DNA of 64,000 bases from Raillietiella orientalis. Taxonomy: Eukaryota. The translations under genes were made by a program, and so were the position numbers. How positions within the stretch are numbered: the stretch's first letter is position 1; each line of letters begins with the position of its first letter. The stretch lies in NCBI GenBank assembly GCA_036172245.1, contig JAYWIR010000010.1, forward strand, positions 3,968,001 to 4,032,000, given 5' to 3'. Below, piece after piece: positions 24,301-36,345 of this stretch. Under the pieces are notes generated by a model, which worked only from the letters and a program-made list of their open reading frames with translations, made no database searches and was not told where the DNA came from.

Positions 24301-27300
24301 TGGCAACACGACAACGAAGGTTATCTTTCAAGTTTCCACCTAATGGTCACTGCACCTTACATGGAATTTATTGGCTTACATTGGATTTTTTATAGAATGC
24401 TTCGGCTTGTTTTTGTCACACTGGTAAACAACAAAAAAAAAAAAAACACGTTCCTTTAATGACGAGAGTGCCATGTGAGAAAAGAAGCAAAAGCAGTGGG
24501 TTGCAGAAAAAGCATCCTTTTCCATTTGCGGGCTACTTATCCTCCAATTGGAAATATAGCGGTCTAAACCGATCACAAAGCTTCTTTGGTCCAAAGCACG
24601 GAATTTGCCTCTGTAACGCTCAAAATCTCAAGCCAGCCTGCTTCAGAAGGGACTGTTGCGTAAAGAACCGAAGGAGGTTTAATGATGAGATCAGTGTTGC
24701 GAAAGTGATTGTGCTCATGGTGAGAAGGTCTCACATTGTAAGAAGGATTCGAGTACATCCTCGAATCGTTCTTACAAAGAGACGTCTGAGGTATTTAAGA
24801 ACACAAGTCTCATTTTCCACCAGTTTTATGGGATTCATCCAGTGGGGAAACTGCAGGGAACCACCCAGAGTCGGGAACCTGGACTCTGGGTGGGTCCTAC
24901 TCAATAGACTCAAGGTATCGGAAATCATGCCTTGGAATGCTCCTTCCAATGTCTTTTGGAAATTCCTCAGCGTCCACCCAGAAAAATGGTCCACCTCATG
25001 GGGGAATGCAATCACGAGTTAAAGGACGAACGCGACGATTTTCGTACACAAAATAATGTTAACAAGGGGACATGTGAGCACGTGGGTGAAGTAGGGTATT
25101 TCCTTCATGTTCGCCTGTCTTCCGGGATGGTGACCCTGATCAACAAGGCTGCCTGAAGGCTGGTAGCCTACCATGGAAGCGGATTCGAATCTGAAGGTAA
25201 ATCTGGTTCTTCAGGGACATCGCTTACCGGTGCGAGTATTTAGCAATGGCCCTAGAGGAGACAAGGAAGAGAGCAGGCACTTTCAATGGGGTCTCTGTTA
25301 CAGTAAGAGCAATCATGGGAAATGGTGGTGCCGCAAATGCTTGGTGCCCGCACAGTGAAGGTCAACTCGTCATGCTTGACGTAGCTGCTCGTTCGAAAAT
25401 CAGCCAGTCGCTTTGGGATATGGCAGGAAAAAAGGGAAGAGTGCGATTTCTTCCTCAAATGTCCTCAGTGGGCGGAACTCGGCCAACGACGACAAGGCCC
25501 TGAGGATTCTGTGTGGGCGATTCTGTGAGACGAGCCGTCTGAGAAAGCCCGGAAGCCTTCAACATGGAAGGAGTTTCCCTTCCTGGCAGCTTGCGGAGCT
25601 TTCTACGGAAGTTGCTATGTAATCCGCAGTGGATGGATAAAGAAATATCCCGGCATGTGTACTGGGATCGTCGGGTGGGTCGTGGTCTTCAATGAAAGAG
25701 CCCTCGAAATCACAGGAACAGTTGAATACAAGAGACACGAGATGAAGATGGCGGAACCCAGCTAGTGAACAGTTCCTTCCCTCTCTTCCTTCCTGGAGGT
25801 TTCGGATGAGGTGCATCTTTCTCTTCGAAACGGACTCTAGGTCAAAGAATGAACGTGCTCCCGTTGTTTTGTGACTTTCCACCTTTGTTTTTTCGCTCAC
25901 ACCAACTGTTGCGAATGGACGAACGCTCTTCTTTCGAATTCTGACTTCAGGTTTCTCCTGCACGCTCGGCCTTGTTCTGCCTATGGTGGCTATTTCTTTG
26001 GTGCCTTTCGATTCAGGAAAGAGTTCTGTGACGTATAGAGCTCGGCAAGGTACCTGAATTGCTTTCACGGATTTTCAAGGAGAAGAACGCCGCTGGAGGA
26101 GCAGGTACGAGCGTGTCGAAAAGTCTGCCACTCGGAAGCCTCGCAGGAGTGATGACGTGAGTCCTCATGGGACACGGCACCCGCATCCGACCAATGGTTT
26201 CGTGATCTAAAAGATGGGCATTCGGATCGAACATATGCCGAGACAGAGCAAGTGTCTCCCCTCCTTCCGGTTTGTCGTCTTTTCACGAGGAGGAATATGC
26301 AGCGCGAGGGATGATAAACGTGCATTGAAAATCAACGGGGATTTCACTCTGCATTCAGCGCCAGCCAATCGAATCTTCGAGCGATCTTACTCTGCGGGCA
26401 CTGAGAGTTCGAAAACAGTGGTGGGTGGATGCCCGGATCAGCCACTGCAGAATGAGGGTTGAGCTGTGGGCGAAGTCCCGAGAGGAATTCATGTCCAAGC
26501 GCCGCCGCCGCTTTCCTGGCCGCAAGATGCAGCAGCAATCTTCCTCCAGGAACCTGTGCAGCATTTTTCCCGAGCAGGAACTGGTTGTCATCACTGCAAC
26601 AAGTGCGGGGTAATTAGGAAGGGGAAAAAGAGACTGCTCAGTAAAACGGGCGAATCACCGGCAATTGCCAACCGGTAAAAACGACCGAGAGAAATGGTCT
26701 CTAATGAGAATCGAAATCGTTTTGCGATGATTTCACGCAAGCGAGGGGGAGGAGGGGAGGAAAGGAAGTGCAGCTCCGGCTGCGACAGCGATAACTCCAA
26801 GTTCGGAAGGAGCGGGAAGGAGGCCCATCCAATCTTTGGTAGCAGGAGTCTTTGAGGAAAGGTGGCTGAAGACGTAGAATTGGATAAACCATTTGACAAG
26901 AATGAAAAGGAAAGAAATTCATTTCTCCCGAGAAAGAATTTCTTCCAGGCAACTTTTAATTAAAAAACGCTGAAACGGAAAGATTAATTTCACCTTTGAT
27001 TGTGGGTTTTAATTTGAGACGGCGCGACCTCTCGGCAGAGTGGTGCGCCTTGCCAGCCCCATTAGCGAAGTTTGACGAATGGCAAAGAAGAATCTCTGCT
27101 GCAAAACTTCCCGGAAGCCTGCTCAGGAGATTAAATGCAACACCGGGAAAGTCTTGTATAAATCATGACAGCGTGCATGCGTGCGATGATAATGATTTTG
27201 CTTCACTCTCTCTCCCTTTTTCCCGCTCACGCACGCAGTGACTGCAACAACGAACGGAATGGTGCCGAAAGGCGCCTTTGTTTTGTTTTTTTCAACGGTG

Positions 27301-27306
27301 CTCTTT

Positions 27307-27356
27307 CCACCACCACCACCACCACCACCACCTCCTCCTCTTCCTCCTCTTCCTCC
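27307..27356. repeat. (CAC)n/(CCT)n microsatellite
   Basis: Read directly. Confidence 0.9.
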
Positions 27357-28399
27357 TTTTGTCCCTTTCTCCCCCCCCCTCCTTGAACCTTTGGCTTTTA
27401 CGAAACGGAGTCTTTTGTGATCTCGAAATGGAAGTCTCTGAAAATTCCTTTCCGCTGCAGAATAATTGCGCTTTTTATATAATCAGGTTCGGATGTTTCT
27501 AAATGTGTGGTGGAACCATAAATTACACCGGAATCGAGCAGCTGCTGCGGGAAACTGATGAATTAGGACCCAACGGAAGAAAAGATTTCAATAATTAAAT
27601 AACTGGGAAACGGGTCCCATTCCCTGTTCGGTGTTTGAATGAAAAGTTTCGAACAGGAAAGGGGTTGTTTCGAAAATCAGTCCTCATCGCTCTCTCCCAG
27701 GCTGTCCCACGGTCTCCTTCGCTGTCAGGGATTCTTCTCCGAGTTTTGAGATCGAGGTAGGAAGCTGGGAGGAGCATCCCAAGGACTCCGTCCACGGCAA
27801 AGCTGGAAAAGTGCTTGGTCTCTTTTTCACCCGAAAGCCCCCTGGACTTATCGCAGCTAGCCGTTGGCCGTTGGGGTCACGAAGGAATCTCCCACAGAGA
27901 GTCACACACACCTGCTCTCCCTACTTGGAATCCATCCACACTTGTCTTCGCTTTCCCTTTCGGAAGGAACTCTGGAATCGATCCCGCCTCGTCTCTGGGA
28001 ACGGTTCCAAGGTTCGATGGAGGTGGTGGCGGCTCTGCTGCCACTGCTGCTGCTCGGAGAGGTTTTGCCACTTTCCTGCCGCGGCGAATGCGCCGCCAGC
28101 GCGGCAGCAGGAGTCAGAGAGGACCCGACGAATCTGCCGCCATGGATGAGTGGTCTTTTCCCGAGAAGCTCACAAGAGAACCCGTCGCCCCTCACCCCAC
28201 TGAAGGAATTCGGTTTTCACTTGAGTCACTTCCTCCTTCGCGACGGGCTGACTCCCTCCCCCCCAGCCCCCCTGAGGTTTATCGTTTCGGGATTGCACGA
28301 AGAAATGCTGCGGAAGCATAGCTTTCCGCCTCCTCGATCTGTGCGGCTTTGTCGCCTCCAGGGACTGGTCTGGGACGGGCGCTCAGCAGCCGCGGGGTA

Positions 28400-29135
28400 G
28401 CGGATTCGTCGAAACGAGGATCCAAATCGGCGACCTCCCTCGCTGCACCGGAAGCTTTCACCTCTGGACCAAGGCTGCTTGTTGGAGTCTGGGCTCGAGG
28501 AAGGAGTACAGGGCCAGCGCCGCCTTCTGGCGGCTCGACCGCACCTGCCTGCGCTCGGCCAGTCGCTCGGAGGGGACTCCCAGCCGGCGCGTCCGGTAGA
28601 AGCTCCTACCGTGCTGGACGTTTGACGAGACCTCTCCACTTTGCCGAGCGCTTCAGCACGAAGCCTCGGACTTTCCAGCTCTTCGGGATCCACGCCGAGC
28701 CGCCGACGGTGGAGCGAACTGACCTCTGGGCTCCCGAAAGCGAGAAGGAGCACGCTCGCGGTTCCATTATGTTCTTCTCTCCTCTTTCGCACGCCCTGAT
28801 GAGCACCACCACCTCTGCTCCTTCGAAAGGGCAGGTACAGTTGTTTGATCTTTGCCGTGTCAAGAAGCAGACAACTCAGCCAGCATGACCCGTGGGACCT
28901 CAGAAAGAATGGAGAACCGAGGTTGAAAGACGCACCTATCTTCCCCCCTCCATCATGTATTCATTTATTTTATTTATTACCTCCTCCTCCCAACCTTTCT
29001 GCTCCTCCACGCAGTCGATACGTGAGCCGCCGTGTCGCTCTCTCTTTTACTTATACTCCCAGAGTTCCGCATCATCACTGCTTCGCTTGTTTATTTTGGC
29101 TGGTGCACCAAGGGCTCCGGCGTGACTGGACGGAG
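28400..29135 (+). mobile_element. degenerate L1/Tx1-like 3' end
   Basis: Pyrimidine/T-rich UTR ending CTCCGGCGTGACTGGA (same CGTGA loop as the 18.7 kb copy). Confidence 0.45.
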
Positions 29136-29149
29136 ACACCTGGCGGTCA

Positions 29150-29450
29150 GTTTCGGGCTCTCCCACGAAGATCCGGTCTTTCAAAAGGGCGGACACCGAA
29201 GAGGAAGGAGTGTTGTTGCCGCGTTCGATGCGAGCTCAACAGCGGGTGAGGCGAATGGCCTCCTTCGGGATGATGAACTCCTCTCCTGATGAGAACGGGT
29301 CTCCGTCACAAGACTTGCTGAAGGTGGTCGGCATGCTTCCCGGGTGGTGTCGCGCGCGCCCTTTCGCCAGTCCGCCCGCCGAGGCACCAGCACGTACTTT
29401 GCCCTCGGAGGAATTCCTTCGAGGAGGCTGTCGTCCCTAGCTCCTCCCCT
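29150..29450 (-). mobile_element. degenerate L1/Tx1-like C-terminal fragment
   Basis: Patchy nucleotide similarity to ~4790-4960. Confidence 0.3.
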
Positions 29451-32400
29451 TCCTCTTCAACCGTTGGGGGGAGAGGGAGAAGGTTTTTGTAGGACGGTTA
29501 ACATCGAATCCCCGGAAGTGAAAATTGTGAATCGTGCAGGAAATCGGGCTCGGTGGGAAGGACTCCTCTCCAGGTGTTTAGGAAGAATCCAAGTCACGAG
29601 CTGATCATCTTCACGAGCTCGTGAGAAGCTGCTCCGGACTTCGGAGCAGACTCCGAAATCGTGCTCGGAAGGCGCCTCCAAATTGCCGCCAGGTGTCTCG
29701 TTGCCATCTTGCGGTATCCGTCTCAGGAGTATCCATCGACTCGAAGTGCTCTTGGGGTCTTCGTTAGCCCCGCGTGCACACCGTGGGATTGGCGAATTCC
29801 TCAACGGAGGAAGAAAGCGGAGGCTCGCACAGCGGCACCCATCTTCGATCGCAGATGTGACCTTAAAAGTCCTACAAAAATTCCTGTGCGAAAGAGTTTC
29901 TTCCTCAGAAGAATTCCTTCTTTTTTTATTTGTTCTTGTTTTCGGTCATGAAATTGACTACCGCTGCTCCTCCCATTAGAAGAATCCCATGGTTTCGAAT
30001 CTCCAGACCCTTCGGAGAGACAATCACCAGGTCAGCAACAACTGCGCGAACGGAAAAGGGCAAGGACTCCTCTTCTCCTGGAAGCATGGGCGAAGCGGGA
30101 TTCGAACTCGTTCAGTGGACGAAGAGTCGTAGTTGGAGGCAGCCTGATCAGCCAGGGATGGAAATGTCATCTCTCCCTAGCTTCCAGAGAGAAGACTGGA
30201 GTGGGACCGGAGCTCGTCTGCTGGCAGGAAAGCTCCGGCTGGGAGATGGAGGACGCTGGGACGCTCCGGGGACTCTCGTCCAGTCCGCAAATTCTGACGG
30301 ATGTTTGTTCGGTTCTTCCTGCCTTTGAGGTCGCATCCTCCAGGAATTTGAGAGGGCTGGATTGGACGGTTGCTCCTTTTTCCCGCTGAAGGCTCTGTCT
30401 GCGGTCCCACATGGGTCAACGCCAGGAAAAGGGCAGCTTCAAGAAAGGGCGGCTGATCTATGGGCGGATCGGGACCGTTGTTTCCTCTCGTCTTCCCGCT
30501 ACTGGGTGAGACTGCAGCCTTCCCGCCAGACCCCCCACTTGCCCTTTGGGGGTCCCTCTCCAAAAGAGTCAAAACGGCGGGAGAAGCAATGAACATGCAA
30601 ACGCCGTCGAAAAGGTGAGAAAGCTGCTTCTGGGGTGATAGCGATGTGCTGGCGCGCGCCGAACCTTCCATGGAACGGGGGAGGGGCGGTGTCTCCTTTA
30701 GGCATGCCCACTCCCAGCTAGGTGGGCCTCCGAACTCTCTCGGAAGCTTCGTCTATTTGCCCGGCAACCGTGTGGCGCGCTTGCAGAACGGGTCGGCGCG
30801 CGGTTGCCAGGCACCCTTAGCCGATGAAGCATCCAGCCTCTACGAATGTTTCTTTGCTTTATTTCTTCCTTCAGAAGATTATGAGCTGCTGCTAGTCAGC
30901 CGGGTTGGCGTCAGGGGCTCTTTCGAGTGCCTCAGATACGCCTCCGACGGTTCGCTTCCGGTGCTCTTGGCTGAAGAGTCCCTTCCTGGTCCTGTGGATG
31001 CTCGCGGGATCTGCCTGGAGGCTCTCACTCGAGGTGGGATTTCCCGGAGCCGTGAGCGGCTGCCGGCCGCGCAGACTTCTCGTACTACCGGCCTTCCATC
31101 GAGTCTGGACTTCCGTATCCGCTCGACGAGTCGTCATTCAGGCTGCTGGACGCGGAGGGGCTGGCGTCCGTCCTTTTCCGGGAGGAGGCAGCAGCAGGGG
31201 AGGAGTAGCTAGCGCCGTTCGTCGGCGGGAAAAGGGACGATTCCTTCCTGGTTTTCAGCCCCAGGATCTCGTTAGGCTGGAAAGAGAGAAAAGGATGAGG
31301 AAGTTTCGCGGGTTGACCGGGAGGATGCCGGAAACAGAAAGACACCGGAGAAGACGGCCCCTCGGGAAGCGAGGGACCCAGCCGCATGGGTCCTCTAGGG
31401 TCGCTTCCCCTGAAGGGCGATCTTTTCCGCGAGGCACGAGATCGAGTTCCCCCGTATCCACGTCTAGGATGCGGATGAGGAGGAAGAAGACGAAGTTTCC
31501 TGAGAAGATGAGCCTCTCTGGGAAGAAAGAGGGGGGAGAAATTCGTGCTCCCAACCTGGATTTCTCCTCTTACGAAGACAGGTTACGATTGCCAAAAAAC
31601 GAAGGGAGTAACGGTAGGAGGATGAGAGTGGAGGAATTCTTTCTTTTAGGTCGATGCTGCGGCAAGGATCCCATCTTCCCTCTCTCCCTCTCCCACATCA
31701 TCCGGCTCATGGAAGTCCTCATCCGATTTTTCCTCGGAAGGATCCAGGATGCTTCCCGGAGAGGGAGGATTCATTTGCATGATCTTGTCCGGTGCATTTT
31801 CGATTCATGGGAAGGAAGAATGGATGGAAAGGGAAGATCCTCTCCGGCCCTCCAGGAAGCATCCTTCTTCCCCAACAGAAGACTCTTTGAGAAGCCGCTC
31901 TCATTCCTTTCCTTCCAGTTGGACCCGGTGGGCGCGGGACGGGAAGTACGGGACCGCCTCCTTTCCCCTTTCTCCTCCTGCGCGCTCAGAGCATCCGGCT
32001 TGCAGGACGAGCTCCCTTTACTCTGGGAAAGCCTGCTGCGACCTTACCGCGCGCGCCGTGACGCGGCCGGGGAACGCGCTTCCGCGGAGGAGGAGGAAAT
32101 GGGCCGGCGGCTTCAGAGCGGTAAGGGCACCGCGACTCTTAGAGGTCACTGAAATAGCTCGGGAGAGCACCCCAGCGGGATGGCGATGACGAGAGAACGA
32201 TTCCCTTTGCCCCTCCACCTTCTCCTTTTCCCCACGCCGGCGGCCAGGAAAACCAGGGCGAGGGGCATTGCCAGGGGACCCAAGAGACCCGAGACCGTCT
32301 ACAGAGGGCCGACCGGGAAGCGAGAAGCAAGGCCGCCTGCATCCGTGGGGGACCACCACACCCGCGGACAGCAGATCTGCGGGAAACCCCCGGGGAGGAC

Positions 32401-33373
32401 GCAGCTGTCGCTCGAGGTGGCCCGAGTCTGGCAGCGCTCCTGCAGGGTAGCAGGGCTCGCACGCAAGATGGCGGCGCAAACACGGGGTTGACGGCAGAAA
32501 GGACGAAGCGGAGAGAGCGGTTGTTTCGAGGAGGCTTGCCGGTTCGGCGCCAGGGGACGGAGTAGAAAAAGGGCCACAGGCGGAATTTTCTCCTGGAAAT
32601 CTTCTCCTGTCGGCTCCTCCTCAGCCTCAGTAGTCATCGCGGGAGTAGTAGGGGAGGCGGCAGCGTCGGGGATTCGCAGGGCCTCCCGGCCGAAAACACC
32701 GAGGAAAGTGCGGGGGAGGGGCAGAGAGTTTTCTCCCTCCCTCTCTGTCGAACAGCTTTTCGACCTCCGCAGCGTGCTCTGATGCGGATCATCCCTGGAG
32801 GCTGGTGGCCCGCTGAGAGGTCTTTTCCGCAGTTGCCAAGATTCGGTCCAAGGAAACCTAGTGGGTGTCCGAGTGCCATCCGGGGGCTCGAGTGTTCCGG
32901 TTCTACCCAAATGCCAGAGAAATAGGGGTGGCGGCTCGCAACTCCGAGATTGGGGCTCCGTGGAGGCGGGAGGCTGGTCCAGATGCTTCAGCCTCCTGCC
33001 AACCTGCGTTTCCCCGTTCCGCCCATTCACTTCCGCGGGAGGACCTCCTTCTTCCAGGAAAAAAGAAAAAAACGAGCCTTCCCAAAGTCTCTTCCCGGAG
33101 GAGATCCTGTCCGGAAGCCCTTGCCTCCAGTTCTCCTGGGCTCCACAGAGCCTCGACCTTGCGGCCAGCCGCACGTCCCCCTTCCCGTCTCGGGCCATAC
33201 TTCCATCGATGGATGGAGGGCGAAGTAGTCGCGGGAGAACATCTCGCGACCCTCTGCCTGAGCCTTCCCCTTGAAGGACGCCGTCGAGAGAGGGGGGCGA
33301 TGGAAAGTTCCCCTCTGGCACCGGGAGTGAGTGGAGGATCCCGGAACTCGACCTTGCTTTCCCTTTTGCTTCC

Positions 33374-33557
33374 TCATACCGCTCCCGTCCTCCGCTGCCC
33401 CTCCACTCCCGTTACCTGGATGCTTCCGACCCTCTTTCGGAGGTGGGCAAGGGTAGTGGGGGTGTAGGCCATCCTGGCGAAGACCATCCGCTCCTCGTAG
33501 TCGTACTCGCAGAGGACCTTTCCGTCACGAAGGTAGAAGCGGTCGCCCACGCAGAAC
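33374..33557 (-). CDS. LMO: LMO exon, end of LIM2 and C-terminal tail
   Basis: (R)FCVGDRFYLRDGKVLCEYDYEERMVFARMAYTPTTLAHLRKRVGSIQVTGVEGQRRTGAV*. Acceptor CTTCCCGGTAG|, phase-compatible with the previous exon. An internal donor CAG|GTAAC at 33416/33415 may be the true exon end. Confidence 0.9.
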
Positions 33558-34520
33558 CTACCGGGAAGAATGCTCTTCAGGACAGCAGCCGCCGCCAAAG
33601 CGCGGTAACGGCGGAGACTCGGCCGGGAGGAGAAGACGGAGAAGGGGAGGAGGGAGTGCAATGAAGGGGAACCACAACCTCTTGGAAAACCCCTTTTTTC
33701 TCTGTGTCTCCCTGCAAGAGAGATTTGTTTTCTTCTCCCTCCTCCTTCTCCTCCTCGTCACCGTAGTTACCGCCATCATCGCGTCGTTTTCACTGGGGAG
33801 GAACGGCGGAGCTTCCCCTTCACGCCTGCAGCACTGTCCTTTCCAAGCGCGTTCAGGGGCAGATGCGTCTCTCCGCCCGCTGCTATCTCAGGGAGCCGTG
33901 TCCCTTGGCAGAGGGACGCTGGGAAGAAGCCCTCCTCGTCTTCGACTAGGTTCGTGCAGCTCGCCGGTCTGCTGCCACCCCCTCTGTCCTCTTTACGCAC
34001 GCGCCGGATCCATCTACTGCACGGTTTCTTCCGGATTTTTGCGTTCAGCAGCCGCTTCTCTCCTACGCCCTCGCAGCGGCAGGGGCGTCCCCCTCGACCC
34101 CTCCGTTCTCATGAAGTGCAGGTGAAAAAGAAGGAGCACAGGTAGCGAAATGTGGACGAAAAAAGCGCGCGCAGACCGCGATGAGTTTCAGCATTCTCCC
34201 CCACACTTCCCGCGGGCGAGAGGAAACATAGCGGGCGAGTACCATCCCCCACCGTAGAAAGACCAATAGCTGTCCCTTCCGCTTCTTTCCGAGCTCTTAA
34301 CCTTCCTTTTACTCGTCCCCCGCTTTTCGCATCTTCCGCCTTCCGCGATCCCTCTCGCTCGCTTCCGCAAGTCCAGACCGAAAACCAGAAAGCTAGGAGA
34401 CGGGACACGGTGCTCTCTCTGCCCGGTCCTCGCTCGGCTTCAGGCGGCGAGATCGCGCGCGCTCTTCTTGCATCAACAGCGACCCCACCATCTTCTCGTC
34501 CTTCCTGCCAGTCCTACCCA

Positions 34521-34836
34521 GTCTGGAGGCTTCGGTCCGCCGCAGACTCTCTCGGTTCACCGGTGCCGAAGAATAGTGCATGGCAAATGCTGTACCCGAA
34601 GGTTGCTGCTGGTCTTCTGTGATGGAGCGAGCAGAGGAAGACGACCTTCCCCTTGGAGGTGCACCACCTCGGCACCTCGACCTTGCCCATCCCCTCCCCT
34701 CTCGCTACTCGAGGTACCCCAGCGTCCTCCGCCCCAAGGTTGACCGCAGAGTGCATTCCAAGGAGCAACCTTCTTGAGTCCGCCCTGAATGCAGGGCAAC
34801 CCAAGGGAACCGACGACGCTCTCACATCAGGCAAGG
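34521..34836 (+). repeat. inverted repeat arm A (probably LINE-derived) in an LMO intron
   Basis: Long exact matches to the reverse complement of 37266-37582, e.g. GGAGGTGCACCACCTCGGCACCTCGAC and AGGTTGACCGCAGAGTGCATTCCAAGGAGC. Confidence 0.95.
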
Positions 34837-34839
34837 ACT

Positions 34840-35900
34840 CGGGACTTTCTTCAAGGACTCGGTACTCCATGTGGATTCCGGTGAAAGGCCAGCTGGGAGT
34901 GCGCTGCCGCTCCCCTGTGAGGAGAAGCGGCAGAACCCAGGACGGGCAGAGGAATAGAAAAAGGCCAAAAACACCGGAAACTTCTCACTCCTCCACACCA
35001 CGTCTTTTGGTAGTCCGGTATTCTGTTGGACTGTGGCGACTGGCTCATCGGGGCCCTGGGTACGGAATCCTGGGGGAGCCGGGGGTCCGGCTGCCGTGAA
35101 TGCCGTTGTGGCCAATCCACGCCCCTTCATTTCATCCGGTGGCTGCCTCGAAGGATGCAGCAACACCTTTCGAGCCCCCTAATGCCTGCAGAGAGCGTCC
35201 AAACCTTCCCGGAAGGATGACCCCCTGGCAAGAGAGGGAGAATCCCCTCCGGCAGTGGCGAAGAGGTGAAGAGCTCTTCCTGGTTTCACCCAGCACCTGA
35301 GACTCGCGTTGGGCGTGAACCCACACTTTCCTTCCGTGGTCACCCTTTTTTCGCGGTTGTCATGGAGAAACCACCGCCCGTTTCTTGCCAGCTTGGCAGG
35401 CACGTTCGTCGCCGGAGCACTGCTGCGCCGCCGCATCCTTCCTCCTCCTCCACCCCGCTCCCTCCATGCTTCCGGCATCCACCTCGCGCTTCTTTCCTTC
35501 TTCCCCCTTTTGCTTTCGTCGAGGTCCCTCAACAGGGGAGCAGCAGAGGAGGACTCGGAGGTGGCCATCGCGGCAATGCGCAAGAGATGCAAGAGATGTC
35601 GCGCGTGCTTTTATCCGAGACCCTCGCTGCCATGGCAGGGGAGGAACGAGAACGCTTCCGGTTTCGGCTCGGCTCACCTCGGCCCAATCTCTCCCTGTTT
35701 TTGCGGCCCTGACCTCTGGGAACGGCCGCGGAGGGAGGTAAAGGTCTGCTTAGCTCTGAGTACGAGGACACGTCCTCGAGTGCTCCGGACTGGGACCCGT
35801 CGCTGACCGTCCCGAGCAGAACGGTCATCGGGTCGATTCTCCACGCGGTCGTTCCACCCTGAGGCTGTTCCACGTTCAGAGGGGGCTTCGCGTTGCATGG
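34840..35900 (+). mobile_element. decayed L1-like ORF2 remnant in the LMO intron (antisense to the gene)
   Basis: GETTARFL (GEKxTRYF-like) near 35365 and RPNLSL (RPISL-like) near 35680. Confidence 0.3.
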
Positions 35901-35947
35901 CCACAGGCGGGAGAGAACCTCCCATCGGGCCCTGTCTCTCTCCTCAC

Positions 35948-36073
35948 CTGTGGTTGCACTGCTGGCAGGCAAAGCACTCTAAATGGTAGACGTTCTTGTG
36001 AGCCTTCATCACCATCTCGAAGGCGGGTATCACCTTGGAGCAGGCGGAGCAGTGCCCGGTCACCCCGAACAAC
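35948..36073 (-). CDS. LMO: LMO exon (126 nt), first part of LIM2
   Basis: Not in the ORF track; translated by hand as (R)LFGVTGHCSACSKVIPAFEMVMKAHKNVYHLECFACQQCNH(R). Acceptor GTCTTAG|, donor AG|GTGAG. Preceded by a 60-nt phase-2 intron (36074-36133) that keeps the frame. Confidence 0.95.
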
Positions 36074-36133
36074 CTAAGACGGCAGCGTGAGATGGAAGGC
36101 TCCCCACACGGGGACGAGGGAATCCCCCCTCAC

Positions 36134-36345
36134 CTGAGGTAGTCACGCTTGCATAGGATCAGGTTTGCCCTGCTGTAGCACGTCTTGCCGACCTCGTCCA
36201 GACGGCAGTCGCAGCAGCTGCACTTGAGGCATTTCTCGTGCCAGAAGACGTCCAGAGCCTTCAGCATGTATCGCTCGACGATGGGTTTCAGGCAACCCGC
36301 GCACTCCTGGGCGGCGGGGGCGCCGCCTTCAGGCTGCTGCTGCTT
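36134..36345 (-). CDS. LMO: LIM-domain-only protein (LMO1/LMO3/Beadex family), exon encoding LIM1
   Basis: Translates KQQQPEGGAPAAQECAGCLKPIVERYMLKALDVFWHEKCLKCSCCDCRLDEVGKTCYSRANLILCKRDYLR, matching the LMO LIM1 signature. Acceptor TTTCGCTTCTTCCAG| (phase 0); donor AG|GTGAG at 36133. Confidence 0.95.

Noticed and set aside
28793..28835. CTGATGA...GAAA hammerhead-like core
   Set aside because: GAAA is not adjacent to stem II and the flanking pairing has the wrong topology.
30905..33321. 415-aa and 340-aa ORFs
   Set aside because: No recognisable domain, low-complexity GC-driven frames overlapping on both strands.
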